64,000 nt of DNA. Origin: Cycas panzhihuaensis (Eukaryota > Plantae > Cycadophyta). Location: contig CM041465.1 of the NCBI GenBank assembly GCA_023213395.1, positions 213,411,741-213,475,740 of the forward strand, written 5' to 3'. The notes below the pieces were generated by a model, which ran no database searches, was not told the DNA's origin, and worked only from the letters and a program-made list of their open reading frames with translations. Of the stretch, positions 37,140 through 51,306 are shown piece after piece (within the stretch, counting starts at the first letter, position 1; every line of letters begins with the position of its first letter). Both the position numbers and the translations under genes were made by a program.

Positions 37140-40100
37140 TAAGCTCCATTTACAATATTAACAACTAGAAGACAAGACAGGCAAGCTTTTGATCGGTTCC
37201 ATATGAAGAACAAAAGCATTGGTTTGCACGCTTTCAATAGCCTCATCATCAATGGATTTAATAACACATCTTTCTCATTGTCCGTTCTACCTAAGAATCT
37301 TTGATATTGACTATTGCCTCGACTTGTCCAGCAAAAGTTCTTTGAAAGCATGCCACTTGACATTGACATAACTGAACCAAAAGAAGTTATATTGAATCCG
37401 TACACATTTCAAACTCTATAATTTGCACTGATAAGTTTTTGCCAAAAGAATGATAGCAATTTCAGAAGTGCGTCTTTCAAACAAGATGAATAAAATATTT
37501 TGCTGCCAATATTTGACAGGCAAAACTACCCTACCAAAACCAGGCCTAGGAATGAGGTTGTAACAGATCCGTGTTGTAGACACACAAACATTTAGATGTT
37601 ACTGAAGCATTAATAACATTTAAGTTGCATGGCAAATAATAAATGCACAAATACAAGATCCTTCGTAGTGAGATCTAATTTCAGTCCATGGACAAGTAAT
37701 CATATGGCTTTGTTAAGGATAATAACCTTAACCAAAAGAAACATTTTTGCGCTCAATAGTTGGTATAAAAACACTGTTTAGACCTGTAGCAAGGATGGAA
37801 TATGGCTTTAGATTTGAGCAAGCACACAGTCACCAATATCTACACAGGAAAAAGTCTTCTGAAAGAAACACCCTCCACCAACTTCGTTTTTCAGAAAGGC
37901 TAGTGAACTGATAGGAAGCATTTTCTAGGCACTTTCATTGCACAACCTAAAGATTGCATGCCTTAATTTAGCCAAAACATGAGCTAAAACAAGTCCCTTG
38001 ATTGAACTACACTCTATATAAGGCACCAGGCATCAAGCATGTCCCTAGAACCAAAAAGTCTTGTCCTGGCTGGGACAACAATCATGAACAATGTGACACA
38101 GCTTTGTTTGACACTCCTCCAAATGGCAGTAAAAGCTGTCTTCATATTCAACATGCACCTTGTAGTGCAATCCCACCTTACTAAAAGGCACGCCTCCCTT
38201 TTATTCGTAAAAAAAGTGTTTCCTTCTAATCACATTTAAAGATGCTCCCACCAAACACCCACTACTTATACACCTGTCAAACCTGCGACGCTATATGAAA
38301 TAGATATTTGGGGGTCAAGTCTATCCTAGAAAAATCAGGCACAAGCTGAAAGAGTTCAAACCCTCATGTTTTTCTAGGACAACATGCAGCAAACACAACT
38401 GCTTGTAGTATCGTGCAAAAAATGTTTGGTCACGCCGATTAGATATGGAGAATCATTTCAGAATTCTCCATACAAGACGTGTTATACACATATAGGCATA
38501 GGATTTTAGCCATACTCGGCCCTTCTGTTATGTACCCCATGACTCGCCTTTAGGTATATATTACATTTAGCTGCATATGTCTCAATGGTATGTATTGAAC
38601 ATATGCAACCAGCTATCTTTCAGGGTATTTATTATGAACCCAAGGGGTTGCATGGACTCTTCTTATTTATGTTCTAGCTGTTGTGCCCATTAGTTACTAG
38701 AACATCCCTCAGATACATAGTTCAGCATCCTGTCAGCTTGAAGTCCATATAAGACACAACTATCCACCGGAGCACACATGTAACTAGCCACTGAGCCTGC
38801 TGGTTGCTAGAACGTCCCTCATATACACAGTTCATCATGGCTGATTAAAAACTAAATCTTGGGGATTATTTTGTGCTAATATGTCTGGTGTTGCAGAATG
38901 GACTTATTATTATTGGAAGTTGATGCAATCATTTTTGTTACTAGAAGTTAATGCTGTACTTGTTGCTACCATCAAAATCCTGTTGTGATCAGGCACTGCA
39001 CTTGTTTACCATATAACAGGGTATAACCATACATATACATCTGAAGGCGAGGCTGTTCATAAAGAAATGAATTCATGAATAGGGAAGAGGGGAATGCACC
39101 TGCAGTTGGAGGCAGCTCTTTGATAGGTTGAAGCTGCCCCGGCCCAGACATAGAGGTGTACTCATCAAAAGAGAACTCTGTGCCCCTCAATTGATTCAGT
39201 GTTCATGATAGATTTATAGATATCTTAATGACAACATTAACTCCATTACAAGAATCATTAGTTGCAATCTTGCATGGACATTCCACCAAGTTCTTAGTGC
39301 CATATTCTTAGATTAATTTGCAGGTCCCATGAATGAGTTCAGAACACCAAACCTGATTTCCCTCCATAGCAGAGGTGTCCAATTTCAACTTGCCTTGGAT
39401 TCCATCACATGATTTGATAATACAGTCCAAATCTGAACTACAACAACTATCATTCCCAGTTAGCCTCTTATCATGCACTAACTCAGCAAATCTGCATCCT
39501 TTGAGACTTTTTCATCCAAACTCCACTTTAAGGCATTCCAAGTTCTGGGTAGAGACCAGAAAGATAATCCAGAGGGTGAAATATAAACAGAATCTTGAAA
39601 ATATTTTTTCGAATCTTGAAAATATTTTTTCTTGCTAGGCCTTGGCCCAATTTTCCATCCTGCAGCCAATAGATGATTCTTTGTCCGTTCACGCAAACTC
39701 TTGCATAACTCAGAAATAGAAAGTTTCTTCTCAGCCTCCTGATTTTTTGATAAGACATATAAACTAACTCTTTGGTGTTTTATCAACATACCTTTGCTTT
39801 TATTTTTGACCTTGGCTTTGGATAAACTTTTCTCTAAAATCTTCCTATCTAGCAACTTTTCCATATTGTTACCCTTAATTTCCAATGATCTACCTGCTTC
39901 ACTACCTCTTAAAACCATATATGAGTTGAAGATTGCAGCCAATGTACTATGCCCTAATCTCTTGTTGGTCCTATATGCATACAGTCTGCCAGAAGCATGG
40001 ATATAGGCCGAATTTCTAGCCATATAATGGCTTAAGATCATGCCCTCCTTAAATGCTTTAGCAACAAGAAGCATTATCTGCTTTGATTTCTTTACTCAAA

Positions 40101-40860
40101 ATGCTGCGCTTCGGCCTTCCAAGTTTATGCTATGTCAAACCCCCCTCCTCTTTCTTTTCCTTCCATTTTTCTCTTTGTAAACTTTCAATTTTACACCTTT
40201 TTTCATTTTTCAATTTCAGAATTCCTTTCTGATAAACCAACACAGCCGATGTCCTGCAGATCAAATTCTAAAGCTTTCAACAAACAATCTTCTCTCACAA
40301 ATATACTTAAATCTTGCCAATATCCCTGCCAACCACCTTATTTGGAAGCTTTCTAGATGAAAAATGTCTTTTTCCAACCCCTTTTGGTGATTGACTTAAC
40401 TTTGATGGATAATCAATGGCTCTTTTTTAAGTCTCCTGTTACTTTCTAGACGAAAAATGTCTTTTTCCAACCCTTTTTGGTGATTGACTTAACTTTGATG
40501 GATAATCAATGGCTCTTTTTTTTTTTCTCCTGTTACTTTCTAGACGAAAAATGTCTTTTTCCAACCCTTTTTGGTGATTGACTTAACTTTGACGGATAAT
40601 CAATGGCTCTTTTTTCTTTTCTCCTGTTACTTCTGCTAGACTTGTCTTCCTCCAAACTTTTGGCCTCTTCCTGTCCAATATCTAAACACCACATTTACAA
40701 GATTTGATTATCGATGCAGCAGGTAACTTTTGTCTTAATTCATTGTCCCTCATATGAGAGACTTCGATTCTAACCAGGGATGAAACATGTTTTTCCTCTA
40801 GTATAGAACTTCCAAACTCAATATATTCAATAAAACCTACAATATCAATGTGCGGAATCA
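37140..40860 (-). pseudogene. Degenerate host-gene fragment with DUF7028-like domain (IDM1/PHD-acetyltransferase-associated family)
   Basis: ORF 40074-39478 contains LRERTKNHLLAAGWKIGPRP..Y..DSVYISPSGLSFWSL...W, matching the LL.AGW.I..RPR...Y...VY..P.G...WS motif I recall for this family. Coding-like sequence with stops and frameshifts continues on both sides. Outer limits uncertain. Confidence 0.65.
40349..40632. repeat. Tandem triplication of a 93-94 bp unit
   Basis: ctttctaga(t/c)gaaaaatgtctttttccaaccc at 40349, 40442 and 40536. Copies are near-identical. Confidence 0.92.
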
Positions 40861-41254
40861 AATTTATTCAAATCGTGCAATATGATCGCCTTCGTCTTCA
40901 ACAATTCTTTGAAGAACAACTTCTTCCAATTCCAAAGATCGACTCAAATATATTATAGGCAGTTAGTCTCCACCAATCAATGATATAATTCGGCAACAAA
41001 TTACTAATGCAATGACAATTACATGTTGACTATAACATCACCATTCGTCAAATATTAACATAGGCATTTCTTGGCATTATAATGGTGAAAACTCTCCTTT
41101 GTTGTGCTGTCATTGTCACCCAACCATATCAAAGAAGCATCACAAACAATTTTCTAAAAAGGTTCTTAGGGATTTGAACCGCTGCAATGGCACCAAAATG
41201 TGTGCTCTCTATGTGCCATCGACATAGCTCAATGCAAGAAGGAAACACACCGGA

Positions 41255-41640
41255 GAATAACAATCACATTACCAACCTAAAAACATAGAATTGCAATCAC
41301 ATTACCAACCTAGAAGCATAGAATAACAATCACATTACCAATCCAGAAGCATAAGCACAATGCACACAATAAATTGAGGCAAACCTTATTTTCATTACCA
41401 TGAAGGGGATTTGGATCGACCCAAGAAGGGTTGGATGCAAGCCCAAAGTGCAACAAATGAAGAACCCTTAACTCAATACACAATGAGAGATACAATGGAA
41501 GAAAGGAGAGAAAGCCCGGTGCACTCTCTCTCTCACACAGCCCCCTTCTATGTACATGAATGCTCCTTTTATAGTCTTTCCCCCCAACCATTTCCAACTA
41601 ACTCATTAATGATAGTTTATTAACAATAACAATAATTACA
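41255..41640 (-). mobile_element. LTR-like fragment with internal ~31-bp repeats
   Basis: Three copies of caatcacattaccaa at 41260-41345. TATA-like ctataaaagg followed by a GA-rich run on the minus strand. Confidence 0.4.
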
Positions 41641-41722
41641 CTGGTCGTCATAATTGCAATCATGGTCCCAGTTGTACTTTTGGTCATACCTGAACTACAA
41701 TCGAATCTCTAGTCGCACTTCT

Positions 41723-44700
41723 TGTTAAAACATCAGTGCCATCTCATTTGTAAATGTACTTAATGTATCTTTGTACCATATTGTAATCAAATTGTAATTG
41801 ATAATCATGTCGGATCCGCCCCTTGCCGAATAGCGGGCCAATAATATTGGCTCGTTATGTCAACCAATGAGATTAATCTTCAAGGCATATCGTGGTCTAT
41901 AAATTATACCCGAACGCTCTCATTTGTACATTGGATTGTTGGATATGGTGAAACTCTGCCAAATTGACGATTGGCAATGCTAACTAATTGGGCTATCTCA
42001 ATTCTGTGCAAATAATTTGTGTTGATCTATTGTTAACTTTGCTTTGTCATTTAATTTTTGCATGAACATGAGTTGTTTAGATCCTGTCTTGAATTTTTCA
42101 TGGTATCAGAGCTAGCTTGTATGCTTGTAATCAGTTTGTTGCAGATTTTTTCAACCCATTTGCTGAAAACAATAGGCCGTTTGCAAAAATCGAGTCCGTT
42201 TGTGACTCCACATGAGTGACGTCTCTAGAATATACATTGCACAAGTGTCTCGTTCTCGCCTCAACTACATTGCTCACATCATGTGATCTCATGACTTCTA
42301 GCATCTATATGTGCTAAATCTTTGTTCTTCGATTGTCCGTATAATTGCCAATGTTGTTGTCGTTGCTCTGTTACTGGGAACTGAACCCTCCTCACCCTCT
42401 TGACAGGCGAGGATACTCACCACAACTCACACCTGCATTGTTTCCATTAGAGAGACGTCTCATGAAATAAACAATTATGTGTGCACCTTTGCACTCCCAC
42501 CTCAATCTACATTTGTTGATGTTTGCCTTCACATTACGCGACCCATCCTCACTCATCGTCAACTTTGTTGTCCTTCGTCTAACTGCCACACGCCCTAATC
42601 CCTTTTTTCAGTGGTGAATGAGCTTCTGTGCGCCATCACCTATCCGTTTGAAGACCTGCACCCGCTCCAACATTATGTGACTAAACATCCGCAAAGATGT
42701 TTGTCGAAGATTGATCAGGATCTGGCAAAGAATAGAATACTCAATCTGCACCTCCATTGAAGTTTGCCCTAGGATCTTCTTGACAATTAGTTGGAGAAGA
42801 TCAATACTCCAAGCAATAATCATTGATACAAAGTGAAATTATATTGGATTTGCAAGATCTATGTCGCCAGTTGTTTCACTGTTAACCTCCTAGCATGTTC
42901 AATTATTTCATCTTTGAAATATATATATTTTTTATAAAATTTTAACATGATTTAATTACATTGTAATCAATTTATATGTCTGTTAGCCCCTCTAGTTGCA
43001 GCAAGTGGTCGTATGCAGATACACAGTGACCGAGGGCTTAGCAGCCAAGGGGGCTACAAGCCTACCCTAGTTCAACTTATTAACATAAGAAGGACTGTAC
43101 ATTGGTTTACTAATATCTTTGCAATGGGAGATTTGTTTTTCGAACCATAAGAACCATCAGATTTCTAACTTAGAGCTCTACATCCTAGAGTTAATTTCAG
43201 AGTGATTTGGACAAAATTTCAGGGGTTTTGATTTAGATGAAGTTGACCCTTCTTTATGTACTTTCTTAAGTCTATTTTAATTAATTGAGGACTTATTTTA
43301 CATATTACAAAGGGGTTTTTTCTGTTGTTTGTTGTTCACATTCTTCTCATTATCTGTTCTACCTGATTTGTGGCTAACATTTGCATTTGCATTGTGGTTG
43401 TAGGTGCCCTACTTGAACGAAGGAGGTTGCTCGCTTCTTGCAAGCATAGTCATTCTTTAAGCACCCTAAAAAGGAACCCTCACTTAAACAAGACCACACT
43501 TAAAATCAAATTAAACTTGAAAGATTAAAAAAATAACTCTAAATTTGAGCATCAAAACTTTTCCAACCTTACAAGGGAAACGGTTAGGACCCCTGAAGTT
43601 ACCACACTGCACACACCTTTTCCTTTTCTCAAACTCCGCGGACATTAGAGAAAGGCATTGGCCATAAGGTGTACTAAGTGACAGATTGAAGTGTAAACCA
43701 TCCTTGGAGTTTGAAAATCAGGCTAGAGTGCCTTGGTTTGAGTCCTTCGCTAGATCTATCGCTCGACATAAATCTAATGCAGATGGACAAACAACATCAG
43801 GGAGTCCATCAGCCTTCTAAGAGCCCATACACCAAGGTATATAGAGCTTAACTTGCTTATGTACTAGTATATAGGATCCCTGATCTACCACCTATGGGCA
43901 GGCGCTACTAGACAAAATAGCAATCAAGAGCTTCTTGGAGACCCTTAAGACTTAACATTCTAGTTTAGTATCCCTTTAAGTAGATAGGACACAAAGACAC
44001 ATAAAAATGACAGCACAAATGCTAGTGTCAAATGCCATCAAACTAAGTGGAACTAATAACTTTTTGGCTTGGAAGAAACAAGTTGAAAACCATTGATAAT
44101 GAATGATTATTGGGCCTATGTAAATGGGAATATTGCTTAACCAACACCCACCAAGGACGCAAACAACCCTAACTAAGAGATTCCACCTGATCCTATTGCC
44201 CTAGCAACCTTCAAAGCTAAAATAAAATTGCCCTCTCCTTTCTTCACCTTGTTGTAGAAGACTAAGTTGATCAAAACATTGAAACTGCTAAAACATTTCA
44301 TAAAGCTTGGAGCATCATAAGCTCCCTCTATGAGAGAGGGATGACTCTAGATCCATCACCTTGAAAGCTCGCCTCTTTGTCATTCCCTTTGTTGGCATTA
44401 TAGCTTCATACCTTACTGAAATCAAAACTATTAGAAATCAACTCATCAACCTTGGCACCCCTCCTTCTGACCATGACTTAATGTCAAGTATTATCAACAT
44501 CCTTCCCATTGAATACAACAACTTTGTATCCTGCCTATATAATAACTTTGCCAAAATGGATTTCAACACCTTGGAAGGACTTTTGCTTAGGGAGGAGAAC
44601 ATCCTAGATCACTAAGGAGTGGCATCCACTTTTAACTCTACTCCTGCATTTGCAACCAAAAATTCAAGGAGGAACCAACCACCTCAACAGCAACCCATTG

Positions 44701-46546
44701 CCCAACAATTTGGTTCATTGAACCTCACTCAACAATAATAGCAGCCACGACCTTCAAGGAATCAGTAACGAAAACAAAATGTCACCTACTTGTATTGTGA
44801 CAAGAATGGGTATCTTGTGATAGATTGTAGAAGAAGATAAGCAAATCTGCAACTCTTACAAAATCAAGGTGGACAACAAGGGGGGCAAAATTTTCAACAA
44901 AACGGGAACCAAAGGCAAAATCAAAATCAGGGGCAATTTAATAGGCAAAGAAACCAACCAAGGAACCAAAGGTTCAACAGGAATTCCCAACAAGGAGGCA
45001 AGGTAACTGATTCACAAGGCAACTTTGAAAATATGTTCTACACAGCCTTGTCATCTCAACATGATGACAATTCTTGGTTGATTAATTCTGGTGCCACTCG
45101 TCACATGACTAGTACCGAAGACTTGCTTGAGGATACACATCCCATAAGGGCTCAAACAATTACATTTGGAGACAATCTCACATATGATACAACCAAAATT
45201 GATAGAGCCTCCATTACATTGAAGAACTCCAATGTTCACAATCATATTAGCAACATTCTCTCGGTACCTAGCATGAAACAAAACTTGTTGTTAGTCAGCC
45301 GGATAAACAAGCAGAACGTTGATGTTCTATTCAACCAAGGTGTTTGCACCATCATAAATCATATGACAGGACAATTGATTGCTACAAGACATGAGAACAG
45401 TCGATTATATAAGTTGGATGGAGTTCCCCTCATCACCGCCAGACCACAACAAGATTCTTGTGCTACTGTACAAACCGTTCATCTTGATAAAGGTCAACAA
45501 ATCTTAGTTGAAGAGCCACCATGGAAGAAATTCAAAGTGAACGGTCATACCCTGATGAACAACCCCCCTCAAAGAGCACCAAGGACCAATTATGACACCA
45601 ACGCCTAGAACACTTAAACGTGTAAAGCCTAAATCTCATGTATAGGCTACAAATGGTGCACGAGTTGCCTGAGATAAAAAGAACCAATTGCATTTGTGAG
45701 GCCTGCTTACTAGGAAAGCAGCATAAAGAGCCATTCCCTTCACGAAAAGCTTGGCGTGCCTCTACACCTTTGGGGTTAGTCCACTCAAATATATGTGGAC
45801 CTATGTCGGCTTCTTCCCTCAATGGAAGTTGGTTCTTCATGACCTTCGTTGATGACTATTCGAGGAAAGTTTGGGTCTACTTTCTTCGACACAAATTTGA
45901 AGCTTTTGAAAAATTTGAGGTCTTCAAGGCTAAAGTTGAAAATGAAACTAGCATGATTATCAAGGTGCTTAGATCAGACAATGACAGTTCACCAATTTCT
46001 GTCGAGAATTTGGGATCAAACGCCAATTCTCGCTCTACGCACACCCCAACAAAATGGTGTTGCAGAAAGAATGAACCAAAATTTCGTGAACAAAGCAAAG
46101 GCTATGTTGAGTGCTACAAACCTTACTACTTGTTTTTGGGTTGAAGCTCTATCTACTGCTACATATCTCACAAACAGAAATGTTGCCATAGCAAAAAGAG
46201 ATATAACATCCGAAAAGGCTTGGTCAGGCCAAAAGCCTACCATCTCACACTTAAGGACATTCAATCGCACCACTTACAAGTACATCCCCAAAGAAAACAA
46301 AAAAAAAATTAGATGGCAAGAGCCTCAAGTGCATTTTCATTGGTTATGTACCCAGATGTAAAGCATACAAGGTGTATGACCCTGATGGATACAATGAAAC
46401 TCTGCCAAATTGAGGATTGGCAGTGCCAACTAATTTGGTCGTCTCAATTCTGTACAAATAATTTACATTGATTTGTTATTTACTTTCCTTTGTCATTTAA
46501 TTTATGCATGCATATGAGTTGTTTAGATCATGTCATGAATTTTTCA
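41723..46546 (+). mobile_element. LTR retrotransposon with CTTCT TSD, copia gag-integrase internal region, RT/RNaseH deleted
   Basis: 5' LTR TGTTA(41723)...TTTTCA(42100). PBS TGGTATCAGAGC at 42101-42112. Partial 3' LTR ~46385-46546. TSD CTTCT at 41718-41722 and 46547-46551. Copia gag (KLSGTNNFLAWK), protease WLINSGATRHMT, integrase LVHSNICGPM and TPQQNGVAERMN. Confidence 0.85.
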
Positions 46547-46649
46547 CTTCTAGTCATATCTAGGCTACAATGGGAACTCTGGTTGCACTTTCAACCATAC
46601 CTAAGTTGCAATCAAAATTTTGGTCACACTTCTTATTGTACTCAGATTT

Positions 46650-46950
46650 GTTGCTCTTAAGCTTGATTTGCGTCCGCACAAAAAGATCTTCCAAGGATCA
46701 ACTAAATAGATGGAGGCCCATAATACTTCCTACAAAATCCTATCAACTAGGATAGTTAAGAGAGCAACCCCGCTAGTAACAAAGAATGTAAGAGGCACAA
46801 ACAAGCTTTTCATAAAATGGAAAAACATCCTTTGCTGCCTAATCACAACATTGGAAGGAATTGATGGGGCCCAATATATACACTAACAAGCACTCTTCTT
46901 CAAGATCAACTTCAAAAAAGCCTATTATAGGATTGAATGGTTCTTCATTG
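46650..46950 (+). mobile_element. LINE (L1-like) reverse transcriptase fragment
   Basis: RWRPIIL...SYQL and LLFKINFKKAYYRIEWFFI resemble the LINE RT motifs WRPI.L....YK and DFEKAYDRV.W.F. Confidence 0.65.
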
Positions 46951-47470
46951 AGCATTTCAGAGACAACCTTGGAGTTCGACTTAATGTTGTAAACATTAAA
47001 GAGGGGTGTTATAACCTTCATGTTTTAGCATTAAGTCTTGACCTTTATATTTCATCTTTGAGTCATGAAATATTTGCCACTATGCTTTATGTTAAAGTGC
47101 ACTTTTTGTAAATTTTGTAAAGTTGCATTCACCTTTACTTAAGTCACTTATTCACATGTTTTATGTGAATAAGTCAACCTTCCTGATCTGCAACAAGTGT
47201 CACCATCTTTTCTATTCAAAAAGAAGAGTTTTAATCAAAGTCTTCTTATGTATTAGATGTGTGATATGTATCACCATCCTATGAACAATCACACCTATAT
47301 AATAAGAGCTTTCTCTCATGTGATATATAGTAGTTTGGGTGAGTTAAGTGTTATTTTGTTAGAGTAATTCTAAGTGTTTTGGAGTGTAAAGCAATTCTAC
47401 CTCCTCCATTTTTTCATAAGCGCTTAATGCTAGTGTTTTTCCTTGTTAGTTATGAGAATTGATTTATTTC
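46950..47470 (+). mobile_element. Copia 3' end (RNaseH tail, PPT, LTR)
   Basis: EHFRDNLGV, then PPT aaagagggg and LTR start TGTTATAA at 47007. Right end approximate. Confidence 0.6.
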
Positions 47471-47929
47471 TTACTAAGTTTCTATGCTTTCTATATCCTC
47501 GCTAGATCCTTCATTCTTCCATTTCTTCATGTTCCAAAACAGAAAGCATGACATAACAGTGCCAAAACTGAAATGCACATAGCAGAGCAAGTAGAAAGTA
47601 AGCCAAAAGCAACCAAAATCATACGAACACATAGATGGATGATTCCCCCCTCCACCCACCCCACCCCACCCCCCCCCCCCCCCAAAAAAAAAAAATCAAT
47701 TCTTCCTCCATTCTTCATGTGATTTTTTCACCACTTCCAAACTCATTTGTCAATGCCATTCTTCCTAAACTTGATCTAATAAGATTTTCATGTACTAGAT
47801 TTTTTGACCTATAGCTCTGCTTGCCCCGGATGTCCCCTCCCCCAAGTTCTATAATATAAAAGAACATGCTAACAGAAGGGCATCCATACCAATTCCTCTT
47901 CTAATTCTAACTATGAAAACTCTTTTAAC

Positions 47930-48960
47930 TCTTCATCCCTAGAACGGTGACTTGCATTTACAGAATGATTATCTAACACATTATCAAAGTGTCCTTATTG
48001 CTTTGGGATGCCTCATCCCTACATTTGACACTTCATCAACTTATAATTTGTAATAAGCATATATTATTAGTGTTGTTTATATAGTGAGTTATGTTTTTTT
48101 TCTTTCCTCTTTTGCATTTTCTTCTTTACGTCTTAGTTCTCCCCTATTATCTGAGTTGAGTATCCTCACCCTCTAACCACTTTCGTTCTCCACTTTTGCC
48201 TTGAATTCCTCAAAAATGGCAAATGTCTAGGACTTCTCCTTTATGGGATACACCTAAAATTTCCACAAAAAATCGTTAATGAAGCTCAAAAAATACCTTG
48301 CACCTCCAAGTGAAGTGGTCGACATAGGACCACATATTTCAATCACTCTCCAAGCTTGGCTTTTTGGAAACTTCTCGCTATGCAACTTTTCGAAGATGCA
48401 AGGTTTATAGATGTCATTCATTGCATTAAATTTTGGAAGACCACATGCCACATTCAATTTATGCATTAGATAGAGATAAAGGTAATGCAAATGACCCATT
48501 CTTTCATGCCATAATTGAATTTTATATGACACTAGCAATTAATGCTCTCTAGCTTAAAAATTTACTGAAAAGCCTATAAAGACCACCATCTCTAACACCT
48601 TCGACAATGGTTTTCCCTTCATGGTAACTACTAGTAGCTTTCTTATTTTTTAAGAGAACACTCTTGTTGTTGTCTTCAACTTGACTAACAGAAATCAAAT
48701 TATTCTTCAATCCTAGCATATACATCACATCCTTGATGCAACAGTCTTCCCCATTAGGTGTGATGAATGGGACCCCCCTATCCCTTTTGCATTCAACACC
48801 TTATTGTCTCCCAAGGTAACTACATACCCAGTTACTTCCCACATGTCTAAACCATTCAAATCTATTCGTCATGTGCCTAAAAGCTCCTAAGTTTGTATAC
48901 TAGACATCTGCTAACAACCCTTATTCTGTTGCTAATGAACATGCAACTTCCTACAATTTT
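47930..48960 (-). mobile_element. Copia protease-integrase fragment, degenerate
   Basis: LWHERMGHL, ICGPMSTTSLGGARYFLSFINDF. Confidence 0.7.
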
Positions 48961-49899
48961 TATTAGTGTTATGGTTTATTGCAATAAAAGCATGATTTCT
49001 AGGGCAAATTAGTTGTATTGGATTTAAACAGACTTCTACCCATGTTTATGTGGAAAAATAAGGAAAATTACACAAGAAACTAAAAAACCACACACAAGAA
49101 GTGGGCGTTAAATAGCCCCAACACACCACATAATATTATTTTATTATGTTTTGTGTTTAAAAGTTTTTAGTCACTTCGCAGAGCACCAAAAAAGCAAAAA
49201 ACAATCATGGTCACCACGCAAGGAGCCAAAAGTTTACCATATGACCTTGCTAGAATGAGATAGAACAAAAAATTACCATGAAAAAGCACTTCCAAAAATT
49301 CCAATACGCTTTTGAATAAGCCATAAAACACCTTAGCACCATGTCTACCACATGACCAGGGGCTTTCATCAGAAGGGGCTTAAGACTAGATTTCAAACAA
49401 CAATTAGAATCAACTTAATATTATAAAACATTACAAAACAAAAAAATTCAATTTAACCTATGTTTTAAAAGTTGAATATGCCAAAAGCATGCCCTCTGCA
49501 TTTTGATTTTTCGTATCTATATGACAATTCTTGGTGGATTTTGTTTGTGTATGGCGATTATGATTTGATTATGCATTTCATTGATTCATCTGTTCAAGTG
49601 ATGTTTAGCTTCAAATTTCATTATGTTCATCTCTTAGAATCTAGCCTTCAATCTCTCTACATCTCTATATTCCAATTTGCCTTACAAACAGTGGCGTATG
49701 AGAATTTTCATTGGGTGACATCTTAATTATCTTCATCTCTGCCACAATCTCATACCTTTGCAAGCTCAATGAGCGTTCACATGTGGCGTGTTACAATCCT
49801 GCCATTTCAAAATCTCACATTGTCAACTTTGTCTCTATTTGTCAAGTTCTTCTATTTACATCATGCTTCAAATCTCTAGACTGATGGCTATCACGGTTC

Positions 49900-51306
49900 T
49901 TCTATGAACTATAGCTTTGTTATCAAGCCAGAAGCTACTTAATCATTCTAAGTTCTAGCCTTTTCTTGCAAGGTTGAAATAATCTTCTCCTTATGTTCCA
50001 ACAACAAAAGTCATTCAGTAGTCCTTGGTTGTTAGTTCCCACTCATATGTACTTCACAGTCAATTACTCTTCACAAGCTAAGTTTTTGGGCCGCCTCTTC
50101 ACTTTCTACATGAAGTTTTTGGGAGTTTCATGTAGATCCATGCTGACAGGCGTTAACAAGATCTCAACTTAATTGCTTCCATGCACACGTGATTAAACCC
50201 ACATATGTCAACACTACCTGAGTTGGTGCAATTTGGAACATTGTCTCTCATCTTTAGATCCTCTCAAACAACGTTATCCCCTTATAGGCATATGATTTGT
50301 GGCATTCTTACATCTCTAGTTTCCAACTCAACAATGAATGGCCTTCTTTTCTTGATGACATTTCAATATCTTTATAATATCGAAGCTTGGGAGTCCCTAG
50401 TTGAGTCTTCTAAAGCTATTAATGTCTCAACTTATTTATGTGGATTTGGCCTAAAGAGGTTTGGATCTCACTAACAATGACATATCCCTATTGGTCCTAA
50501 GTTTCACCCCAACTTAGTTTCTACCGAAATTCAACAAACTAGTGTACTTCAAATTCGATACGGTCCTAAGTTTCAACCCAACTTAGTTTCTACCAAAATT
50601 CAACAAACTAGTGTATTTCAAATTCGATACAACTTAAAGCAAGATAGAAAACAAAAGAGAGTGAAATATTTGTTCCTTCTATGGATTACTCACCCATTTC
50701 ATTGCCAAAAAGAGAAGGGAAGCTCATTGTCACAATCATTATTCATAAATAACAAGAAGATTCAACATGCCAAACAATGGGCACAGATAACCCTCAAAAT
50801 AACATTCCAACACTCTACAAAAGACTCAAAAAAAAATCCACAATTTTATTTTAATCTTTATAACATCCTTGGAATCAATATCACTGAAATCACTTCTAAA
50901 ACCGCCTACATATCCTCTAAATTGTTCTCCACAACTATACAACTTGAAATTTTGGCTAATCGCCTACAAATTAACCTATTTTGATACCAAATATGAATTG
51001 TAACTAGGAACAAAGTGAACCAAAACAAAATTGCAAACACAATTTGTCACATACAATAAGTCTACCTTCAAAAATGAATTTTCATTCATTCAAAATGATC
51101 CAACATAGTATGTACAAACCAATAAAATCACATATACAAACAAGATCAATAACGGCCCAAAATCAACCTATAACCTCCTTAACACATGTCATACATTTAT
51201 TAAAGACTCCATATAGCTCCTAAACAAGTGTCACCAAACTAGCGATGACCCTACAATTCACCAAAATCTAATTGACCATTAACATATGTAAACATTAATT
51301 CTAACA
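49900..51306 (-). mobile_element. Copia-like 5' fragment (LTR, Met-type PBS core, leader)
   Basis: TGGTATCA at 50989-50982. LTR-like segment ending ttctaaca at 51306, sharing agtctaccttc...ttttca with the LTR at 24822. Confidence 0.45.
50493..50630. repeat. 69-bp tandem duplication
   Basis: ggtcctaagtttca...aaattcgatac at 50493 and 50562. Confidence 0.9.

Noticed and set aside
47645-47697. C-run/A-run tract as a functional G-quadruplex
   Set aside because: Low-complexity homopolymers between TE fragments, prone to sequencing error, with no supporting context.
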